A DNA stretch of 64,000 bases, from positions 544,001 through 608,000 of the forward strand of contig CAWIYV010000011.1 of the NCBI GenBank assembly GCA_963840455.1. The letters are read 5' to 3'. Every line of letters starts with the position of its first letter. Positions within the stretch are counted from its first letter, which is position 1. Positions 57,009-64,000 of this stretch are shown here, piece by piece. The notes under the pieces are model-generated. The model ran no database searches, was not told where the DNA came from, and saw only the letters and a program-made list of their open reading frames with translations. The stretch comes from Nitrospirota bacterium. Its GTDB lineage: Bacteria; Nitrospirota; UBA9217. The position numbers and the translations under genes were made by a program.

Positions 57009-58247
57009 CTATACATGCCTTAATGCCTCGATGGGCTCCATCCGTGACGCCTTGAATGCCGGCTGGAGGCTGGCGATCACCGAAACGATTATTACCGTCA
57101 GCGATATAATGAAAATATCGGCCGGCTTTATGGTTGCCTGCAGGACCAGACCCTGTTGCATTCCGAAATTAAAGGTAATCCTGGACATGTTGATGATGGA
57201 GACTAACGCTATTCCGACAATATTGCCGATGATTGCGCCCACAATGCCGAGACAGAACCCCTCGATCACAAACATGCTAAGGATCTTTCCCGGCAGTGTC
57301 CCGATAGCTGCGATCGTGCCGATCTCCCGTATCCGCTCGTAGACGGCCATGATCATGACGTTCATGATGCTGATCAGGACAATGGCGATGAGCATAAGTT
57401 TGATAAAGAACGTCATCACGTCGATCATGCGCGCGATGTTGTAGAATGGCGAGAGCTGCTCCCAGGTATGAACCTCAAAGATCGGCTTGCCCTCTTTGTT
57501 CAACTCCTGCGCGAGCAGCGCCACGAGCGTTGATGTGAAGCCGTGAAGCCCATCGAACTTTTTCAGCCGGATGGCGAATTCGCTCACCTCCGGCTCTTCC
57601 ATGCGCAGAACCTCCACGGCATCGTCGAAGTGGATGTAGCCGTCCCGGCCGCCGGGGCCCGTCACGCTCTGGAGGATGCCGCCGACCTTGAACTGCTTGC
57701 CGTTCACGGAGCCGTCCTTGTTCGTGGCCACGATGACCACCACATCTCCGACCTTCACCTTCATGCCCTTGGCAAGAAGTTCGGGAATAAGGATCTCTCC
57801 GCGTTTGATCTCCTTTGCACCGTCAATGATCCGCGAGGTCAGCAGCGGTGTGGTAGCGAACTCTTTTTCGGGGATGACGCCGTTCAGCCGGATGTTAGTT
57901 GTCTCCGCGAAGTTGCTGAACATGCCGCCGAACTTGATGCGTGGCGACCAGGCAGCGATCTCGGGACGGTCATTCAGGACCGCCTCAACCCGTTTTACGG
58001 CGCCTGCCTTCATGTTCAGGTTCAGCGGCAGGTTGTCGATGGATGCGACGTAGCCCTTGCGGTGTACCTGCAGATGGCCGAGCATGGAGTCGGTGATCTG
58101 GCCGATCATCATGTTCTTGAAGGAACCCGACACGGACATGAACACGAGCACAAAGACCACGCCGATGGTGATGAGCGAGGCGGTGAGCAACGTCCTTCTT
58201 TTGTACCGCAGAAGGTTCCTGACGGCTATTTTGAAGAGATTACCCAT
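57009..58247 (-). CDS. ABC transporter permease (LolE/MacB/FtsX family)
   Basis: AVRNLLRYKRRT, MAVYERIREIGT, PAFKASRMEPIEALR. Confidence 0.92.
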   Translation of the reverse strand: MGNLFKIAVRNLLRYKRRTLLTASLITIGVVFVLVFMSVSGSFKNMMIGQITDSMLGHLQVHRKGYVASIDNLPLNLNMKAGAVKRVEAVLNDRPEIAAWSPRIKFGGMFSNFAETTNIRLNGVIPEKEFATTPLLTSRIIDGAKEIKRGEILIPELLAKGMKVKVGDVVVIVATNKDGSVNGKQFKVGGILQSVTGPGGRDGYIHFDDAVEVLRMEEPEVSEFAIRLKKFDGLHGFTSTLVALLAQELNKEGKPIFEVHTWEQLSPFYNIARMIDVMTFFIKLMLIAIVLISIMNVMIMAVYERIREIGTIAAIGTLPGKILSMFVIEGFCLGIVGAIIGNIVGIALVSIINMSRITFNFGMQQGLVLQATIKPADIFIISLTVIIVSVIASLQPAFKASRMEPIEALRHV

Positions 58248-58944
58248 TATTCTTCCCTCCCTGTACCCGCTTGTCCTTCAGCTCGCCGTCTTCAAGTGAG
58301 TAGATGATCTCTGCCTCTCCCACGATCTTTTGGTCATGGGTCGAGAAGATGAACGTCGTCCTGAACTCGTCCCGCATCTTTTTCATCAGATCGATGACCA
58401 TATACGCTGTTTTATGGTCCAGGTTGGCCGTGGGCTCGTCTGCAAGCACGAGTTTCGGGTTCGTAACCAGCGCCCGTGCCACGGCCACCCGCTGTTTCTG
58501 ACCGCCCGATATCTGGTCCGGGTATTTATCCTTCTGTTCGCTCATACCTACGGCAGCTAAAAGGGCCGCGACCCTCTTTTTCCGTTCCTCCATCGGTGTG
58601 TTCTGGACCATCAGGAGCGGGTACTCAATGTTCTCATACACTGTAAGCACCGGGATGAGATTGAAGTCCTGAAATATGAAGCCGATGTTGTTTCCCCGAA
58701 ATGCCGCGCTCTTCTTTCGGTCAAGGGCCGCGGTGTCAGTATCAGCGACGGTGAGCTTACCGCCTGTGGGCCTGTCGAGACAGCCGATCAAGTTCAGAAG
58801 CGTGGTTTTTCCGCTTCCCGACGGACCCACGAAGGAGACGAAGGAAGCGGGCTCGATCTCGAAGTTGATCTCCTTGAGCGCCGCGATGCTTACCTCGCCC
58901 GTCTGATAATCTTTCCGAATGTTTTGCGCCGTTATAAGCCCCAT
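58240..58944 (-). CDS. ABC transporter ATP-binding protein (LolD-like)
   Basis: GPSGSGKT, ISGGQKQR, LADEPTANLD, STHD. Confidence 0.95.
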   Translation of the reverse strand: MGLITAQNIRKDYQTGEVSIAALKEINFEIEPASFVSFVGPSGSGKTTLLNLIGCLDRPTGGKLTVADTDTAALDRKKSAAFRGNNIGFIFQDFNLIPVLTVYENIEYPLLMVQNTPMEERKKRVAALLAAVGMSEQKDKYPDQISGGQKQRVAVARALVTNPKLVLADEPTANLDHKTAYMVIDLMKKMRDEFRTTFIFSTHDQKIVGEAEIIYSLEDGELKDKRVQGGKNNG

Positions 58945-59007
58945 GTTGTTTCTCCTTGTTTAGACAACAGCCCCGCCCCGGCTCAGAACGGGGCCGCTAT
59001 CACTATT

Positions 59008-59463
59008 TTATTTTCTCCAGCCTGCCCATGCGGGAATTCCGTTGCTATCCCTTAGAACGAGTGTGCTGTCGCCCTTCTTTACTTCGGCGGCAATTATAGC
59101 GGGCTTACCTATGAACGTCACTCGCGAACCCTTCACCTCGATCTTATCGCCTTTTTCGATCTTGGTATCGAGCCGCTCAATGTACCATTCCGGACCGAGG
59201 TGTACCGAGACCGTTTCCTTGTCCGTTTTGAGCATGACGTGGACGCCGGAGTTCATGCCCTTCATCGGCGTCACCTTGTCCACCGCCTCGACCGAGCCTG
59301 ACAGGGTCTCCACCGTCGCTGGGTTGTACATTCTGTTATATTGCGATCCCATGCCCCAGCCGCCGCTCCCGCGCCAGCCCTTCCAGGGGCCTGCGAAGAC
59401 GGTTGAGACCGTGAACAGCAATGATACCGCAACTATTACGCTTATAATATTTGTTCTTTTCAT
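59008..59463 (-). CDS. Exported OB-fold-like protein (resembles the MamS/MamX-domain family)
   Basis: Signal peptide (VFA); GWGMG..YNPATVETLSG..VHLGPEWY..GDKIEVKGS..LRDSNGIPAW. Confidence 0.65.
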   Translation of the reverse strand: MKRTNIISVIVAVSLLFTVSTVFAGPWKGWRGSGGWGMGSQYNRMYNPATVETLSGSVEAVDKVTPMKGMNSGVHVMLKTDKETVSVHLGPEWYIERLDTKIEKGDKIEVKGSRVTFIGKPAIIAAEVKKGDSTLVLRDSNGIPAWAGWRK

Positions 59464-59675
59464 TGTTCCCTCCTTTGGGCCGGTTTTTAGTGTGATGTTC
59501 GATCTTTTAATCATGTCAACTTCCTCGTGCGAAACCGAGTCAGCTCAAGCACCGCTGCTTCGGGGTCACTTCCATCCATTGAATTGATCTCCGCCTGTGC
59601 AGTGTCGGAAATATCACCTGCTATTTTGACACGCGCAGGTTTGTTTAGTTACTTTTCCCGTGCCGAGGCCGTTTT

Positions 59676-59870
59676 TCAGCATCCTAACGTTATCTTTTGA
59701 ACAAACGTGTGCGGTAGAGCAGCGAGAGCGAAGGCGTCGGTCAGCACATGCCCGTCGTCGCTCAGCAGGGATAAGCTGTGGCTCATGATCCCGCCGACTA
59801 CTTCCGCGACAAAAATGAATATCGTTACCAGTAGGCTGAGGATAAGTCTTCTCTGCGATTTATCGTCCAT
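59676..59870 (-). pseudogene. Truncated cation diffusion facilitator (CzcD-like) N-terminal fragment
   Basis: EVVGGIMSHSLSLLSDDGHVLTD matches CDF TM1-2; ORF ends after about 55 aa. Confidence 0.8.
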
Positions 59871-59918
59871 GGTTTCCTTTCACGTTTGGGTGCAAAATTT
59901 GCCGTTCCGTGGTTAAAT

Positions 59919-60671
59919 TCACAAAAGCCCCCACGCCATCTTCGCTGCAATGGCATAAAGTACTACTCCTATGATCTTCTTTACCTGATTCGCGTCGAGT
60001 TTTTTGTGCATGAGCCATGATCCCAGAATCGCTCCCGCGATCGAGCCGACCGCGGCGAATGTCAGCAGGTTCCAATTTACCGCTCCTGTGGCAGCATGGC
60101 CGAAAAAGCCCGAAAGTGACGAGAAGACGACGATAAAGGCCGTGGTGGCCGAAGCCTTCTTGGGATCAATGCCGAGCCAGATGAGAGCTGGAACGATGAA
60201 GTTCCCGCCGCCCACTCCCAAAAGACCGCCGAGATAGCCGGCGCCTATGCCAAGGCCGATGCCGGTCTTGAGTTCCTTCCCGCCACCCCCCTGAACTTCG
60301 GCTTTTTTCTTCGGCTTATAAAACAACATCATCGACGCCGCAAAGACCAGAAAGAGCACGAATAGCACAATGAGCACATTCTTCGGAAAGTACCGCGTTG
60401 AATACGCGCCCAGGGGAGAAAAGAACACGGCAAGAACAATGATCGGAATGGCCGTCCTGAACAGGACCAGGCTATAGCGGATATAGTTGGCCGACGCGAA
60501 GGTCATACTGATGGCGTTTAAGAGCAGGCCAATGGCCATGGCCTCTGTAAGGGGTACGCCGAGCCAGTAGAACGTCGGGATGACGATGAATGCCGAGCCT
60601 ACACCCGCGATAGTCAGGACCGTGGTAAAGACGAATACGATGCCAGCAGCGGCAATATTGATGACAGGCAC
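59919..60671 (-). CDS. TauE/SafE-family permease
   Basis: Duplicated GVGSA / GLLGVGGGNFIVP motifs; about 8 TMs; GTG start with GGAGG. Confidence 0.9.
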   Translation of the reverse strand: MPVINIAAAGIVFVFTTVLTIAGVGSAFIVIPTFYWLGVPLTEAMAIGLLLNAISMTFASANYIRYSLVLFRTAIPIIVLAVFFSPLGAYSTRYFPKNVLIVLFVLFLVFAASMMLFYKPKKKAEVQGGGGKELKTGIGLGIGAGYLGGLLGVGGGNFIVPALIWLGIDPKKASATTAFIVVFSSLSGFFGHAATGAVNWNLLTFAAVGSIAGAILGSWLMHKKLDANQVKKIIGVVLYAIAAKMAWGLL

Positions 60672-60788
60672 AATATGCCTCCTTTCAGGGAACAACGCTT
60701 CCGGCAAAACAGCCCCCGTCCCCTCCCCCGTTTCAGGAGGAGAGAACAGGGATTGTCAGTATGGACCGGATTGCGTCTGTGTCCGCCG

Positions 60789-61394
60789 CTATTTCTCGTA
60801 TCCTGAGCAGGGAATGCAGACGATCTTGCCTGACTTGACGCGGGTATTCCTCTCCACGACCATCTCGCCGCACTGGGAGCAGGCCATGGTCTCGAAGGTA
60901 TGGGGCACGTCCTTCCAGGGATGGTTCTTGATCTCGCCTACGTTGTACAGCATCTCGGCCGGTGCGGTGGTCACACCCTCGAACAACGGGGCCACGACCT
61001 CGGGCGGCACCTGCGAGGCCGGGATGCCGGAGCTGCGCATCTCCATGAACTTGGAACCCTTGTTCTTGGCCATCACTTCGGCCTTGGGCACCACGCGCAC
61101 GGAGCGGCTTGTCTTCTTGTCGATCAGTGTCAGACCCCATTTGCCGTAGCCGGTCCGGGTGATGTTTCCCTTGCCGTAGGTGCAGCCTGTGGCAACCTGC
61201 ACGCCGTCTGCGAAACAGGTTGCACAGTGATTTTCATCCAGCTCTACGATCGCCATAAGCTGGCCGTCCGGCGCTTTCGATACGCCGAGCTTCTCCATTG
61301 CGGTGAGTCCTGCCCGAAGCCCCATGGGCATGGCCGGGCACTTGTGGCCATGGAACTTAAGGCCCATTTCCAACAGTTCTTTGAAATCCTGCAT
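60789..61394 (-). CDS. Cytoplasmic FmdE-family protein with C-terminal zinc finger
   Basis: FHGHKCPAMPMG, CFADGVQVATGCTYGKGN, CSQCGE..CIPC. Confidence 0.9.
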   Translation of the reverse strand: MQDFKELLEMGLKFHGHKCPAMPMGLRAGLTAMEKLGVSKAPDGQLMAIVELDENHCATCFADGVQVATGCTYGKGNITRTGYGKWGLTLIDKKTSRSVRVVPKAEVMAKNKGSKFMEMRSSGIPASQVPPEVVAPLFEGVTTAPAEMLYNVGEIKNHPWKDVPHTFETMACSQCGEMVVERNTRVKSGKIVCIPCSGYEK

Positions 61395-61555
61395 GATAGT
61401 CCTCCGTTAGTTAGTGTGTGACTGACATGGTTCTCCCCTCTTGAACGCGGACATACACCCGGAGGTTACCAGCCGTTCCACCAGCATTGGCAAATGACGG
61501 AGAACCTTTTTTTTGCCCTGATCTTCATAGTATGTTCAAAATCTCCTGTACGTCT

Positions 61556-62596
61556 CTACCTCTGTATAAGTCCGAACAGATACCCGCCAAAGACCGTGAA
61601 TACAATGATCAGACTTACATACGTAACCGTTCTTTTTGTCCCCATGATCTTGCTGACAACCAGGATGCTCGGAAGCGACAGCACGGGGTCCGCGAGAAGA
61701 TAGGCCATGAGCGGACCTTTGCCCATGCCGAGATCGAGAAATACCCTCGCCATCGGCACCTCTACCAGCGTCGGGAAATAGACCAGCACGCCGAAGAGAA
61801 CGGGTATGAGCAGGGCGGTCAGGGAATTTGACCCCACGTAGGTCGTAACGAACTCCTGGGGCAATAAGACCTTGACCATGCCTGAAACGAAGACGCCGCC
61901 AAGAAGAAGCGGGGCGATCGTTTTCGCAAAACCCCACGTTTCTCTCATCCAGCCTGCAATCTCTTCTTTGATAAAGAGCTTTTTCGCTATCAAGGCGCTC
62001 GCGCCGATCAGAATGAGCACGGTCACATACTTGATCCAGGGAACGCTTACCCGTGTCCCGACCAGCAGTATCCCGAGAAGGACGCTGAACAGATAGACCA
62101 ACCGTTTAATATCGTGGCTTTCCGAGCTTCTGACAAACGTATCGGCTGCTAGCGCTTCTTCCTGTTCGTGAAACATCTTGCTGATGATCATTCCGATCGA
62201 CACGGCGAACAGGATGGATAGGAATATCCGTGCCCCTGCCACGTCCCAGCCGATGAGACTGCCGGTATACAGTATGGCTACGATGTTCGTTGCCGGCGCG
62301 GTATAGAGGAACGCGATGGCCGGACCGATTCCGGCGCCGCCTTTCTTTATTCCGGCAAAGAGCGGAAGGACCGTACAAGAGCAGACGGCCAGCAAGAGAC
62401 CCGAAGCAACCGATAGCGGGTATGCAATATGCTTTGGAGAGTCTTTCCCGAGGTACGGCAGGAGCAGGTCCTTGGGAATCAGCGCCGCCATTGCACCTGC
62501 GATGAAGAACGCCGGGACGAGACAGAACAGTGTATGCGCAAGCACATAATCGTACACAGCCGCGAAGCCTGAGGATACTATCGCATAGATGTCCAT
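61556..62596 (-). CDS. DUF318/ArsP-like permease
   Basis: HTLFCLVPAFFIAGA, AVCSCTVLPLF, FLYTAPATN, YFPTLVEVP, LSLPS. Confidence 0.88.
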   Translation of the reverse strand: MDIYAIVSSGFAAVYDYVLAHTLFCLVPAFFIAGAMAALIPKDLLLPYLGKDSPKHIAYPLSVASGLLLAVCSCTVLPLFAGIKKGGAGIGPAIAFLYTAPATNIVAILYTGSLIGWDVAGARIFLSILFAVSIGMIISKMFHEQEEALAADTFVRSSESHDIKRLVYLFSVLLGILLVGTRVSVPWIKYVTVLILIGASALIAKKLFIKEEIAGWMRETWGFAKTIAPLLLGGVFVSGMVKVLLPQEFVTTYVGSNSLTALLIPVLFGVLVYFPTLVEVPMARVFLDLGMGKGPLMAYLLADPVLSLPSILVVSKIMGTKRTVTYVSLIIVFTVFGGYLFGLIQR

Positions 62597-62597
62597 A

Positions 62598-62831
62598 CTA
62601 CCCCCTCAGCAACAAAGCGATCTCCTCAACGCTGGGGATCTTTCCGCTTGCCACGGTCTTGCCGTCTATAAGCAATGCCGGTGTCATGAATATGCCCCGT
62701 TCGATGATTTTCCCCATATCATAGACATGTTCCACAGTGGCATTTGCGCCGGTCAGAGCAACCGCTTCCTTTGCCCGCTTTTCGAGTTCCGCACACTTGC
62801 CGCATCCCGATCCGCATACTTCGATCTTCAT
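62598..62831 (-). CDS. Small redox-active disulfide protein (thioredoxin-like, MTH895 type)
   Basis: GSGCGKC, TPALLIDG, GKIPS. Confidence 0.92.
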   Translation of the reverse strand: MKIEVCGSGCGKCAELEKRAKEAVALTGANATVEHVYDMGKIIERGIFMTPALLIDGKTVASGKIPSVEEIALLLRG

Positions 62832-62864
62832 GGCGCACCTCCCTATCGTGCTGCCGTTACACTA

Positions 62865-63782
62865 TTAACGCGCGCTCCTGCAGGCCTGTTCTTTCCCGCG
62901 CTTGCAAACCAGCACCGAGCAGTCGGCATGACTAAGGATGTTCCGGGCCACACTCCCGAGCATGCCGCTGACGCCGCGCATCCCCCGACTGCCGAGAGCA
63001 ATAATATCCGCGCGTGTTTCCTGCGCCGCCTGAAGTATCTGTTCCGACGGGTCGCCGTTTTTGATCAGCACAGCTACGTTCCGAAACTTCTCCTGCAACC
63101 GAGTTCGGGCCTGCGCCAGGACTTTTTCCGCATGTTCCGTCTCTGCCAGCCTCATACCAGCCACGATCTTCTTCATCCGGTCGTCCATTCCCGGGCAGAA
63201 CCGGTCGGGAATATCCATATACGCAGAAAGCGAGACGTACACAGCCGTAACGTTCGTGTCAGGTTGAAAGGGGATCAGGGAAAGTGCTTTTTCTGTTTCC
63301 TCAGCGCAGGCCGAGCCGTCTGTAGCAAAGAGCACTTTGAGCGGTCCGCCCTGTTTCCCCTGGGGCGGTTTGACGACCAGAATGGATTGCGCGGACTTGA
63401 TTGCCACGGCCCTCGTCACGCTCCCGAGAAGAAACGAACCGATCGCCTTCATTCCCCGGTTGCCCATAACGATGAGATCTGAATCGGACTGTTTGCCTAC
63501 GGCAACAATGGCATCGGCGGGATGGCCCGTGGTCACTGCGGTGGATACTTTCGCCCGGAGGTCTTTCAACAATCCGGCTGTCTCATCAATGATCATGGGC
63601 GCGAGCTCTTCACCGAGCTGCATCAGATCCCTTATGTAAGACCCGCCGCTGTGAGGAAATGGAACTCCGGGTATGACGTGCAACACGGTAATCTCATCGG
63701 TCTCTGATAAATTGAAACGCGCCAGAAACCGAGCTGCGCCATCAGAATATTTTGAGCCATCTGCGGCAAGCAGTATTTTCAT
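62865..63782 (-). CDS. Tandem-domain universal stress protein
   Basis: Two USP domains: ILLAADGS..GNRG..LLGSV and VLFATDGS..GSRG..LGSVA. Confidence 0.93.
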   Translation of the reverse strand: MKILLAADGSKYSDGAARFLARFNLSETDEITVLHVIPGVPFPHSGGSYIRDLMQLGEELAPMIIDETAGLLKDLRAKVSTAVTTGHPADAIVAVGKQSDSDLIVMGNRGMKAIGSFLLGSVTRAVAIKSAQSILVVKPPQGKQGGPLKVLFATDGSACAEETEKALSLIPFQPDTNVTAVYVSLSAYMDIPDRFCPGMDDRMKKIVAGMRLAETEHAEKVLAQARTRLQEKFRNVAVLIKNGDPSEQILQAAQETRADIIALGSRGMRGVSGMLGSVARNILSHADCSVLVCKRGKEQACRSAR

Positions 63783-63845
63783 CGCACGCCTCCTTGTGTT
63801 ACTGCCCCTGTCAGCTCCATGGCCGCTTATCAGCGACCTGACTTC

Positions 63846-64000
63846 TCACGGCTTCTTTGCTTCGATCGTTGCCGAAACAACATAGTCCTCGATATTCCTG
63901 CCAGGTGCCCAGGTCCGGATGAATTCCCTGCTTTCGTCCTTCGGCTTTATACGGATATCACGGAAACCGGAGTTTTGGAGCATAGCCTCAACATCGCTGA
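63846..64000 (-). CDS. arsM: Arsenite methyltransferase, C-terminal part (runs off the window edge)
   Basis: Own translation: SDVEAMLQNSGFRDIRIKPKDESREFIRTWAPGRNIEDYVVSATIEAKKP*, resembling ArsM C-termini; context of DUF318 permease and thioredoxin. Confidence 0.75.
   Translation of the reverse strand, partial: SDVEAMLQNSGFRDIRIKPKDESREFIRTWAPGRNIEDYVVSATIEAKKP

Noticed and set aside
59008-59463. Magnetosome island suggested by the MamS/MamX-like protein
   Set aside because: No other mam/mad genes in the window; mreB sits in a normal mreBCD-mrdA-rodA operon, so it is not mamK.
54090-61394. Methanogenesis or formylmethanofuran dehydrogenase from the FmdE genes
   Set aside because: No catalytic fmd/fwd subunits; the FmdE family is widespread in bacteria.

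Overview
A 64-kb window from a GC-rich Gram-negative bacterium. Gene content and repeat families suggest Nitrospirota or Desulfobacterota (inference). Layout: (1) 0.1-9 kb, a Ser/Thr signalling cluster (two Hanks kinases, an FHA protein, a PP2C phosphatase, an FHA-sigma54 activator), interrupted by an AT-richer islet with a TolB-like protein, a Geobacter-type short pilin and a DUF4382-like lipoprotein. (2) 9-42 kb, mostly housekeeping: two hybrid histidine kinases, an acyl-CoA ligase, a cold-shock protein, mreBCD-mrdA-rodA, a frameshifted radical SAM gene, a P-type ATPase, and a divergent two-subunit biotin carboxylase with beta-carbonic anhydrase inserted between its subunits. Many intergenic palindromic or miniature elements and one candidate sRNA lie here. 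(3) 42.9-64 kb, an accessory region starting at an IS481 scar. It holds the best candidate for an undescribed system: an ECF sigma factor, an anti-sigma with a periplasmic AMPK/CBM48-like domain, a lipoprotein with the same domain, and several Met-rich exported proteins including an approximately 12%-Met tandem-duplicated lipoprotein. Three near-identical TGTAACCTTTT-N11/12-CGTCT promoters link these genes. Further along are a LolA/LolCDE-like operon with an exported FmdE protein and an arsenic-type cluster. Several single-base homopolymer frameshifts look like read or assembly errors. I saw no rRNA, tRNA or CRISPR array. All family calls come from motif recognition by eye, without database searches.
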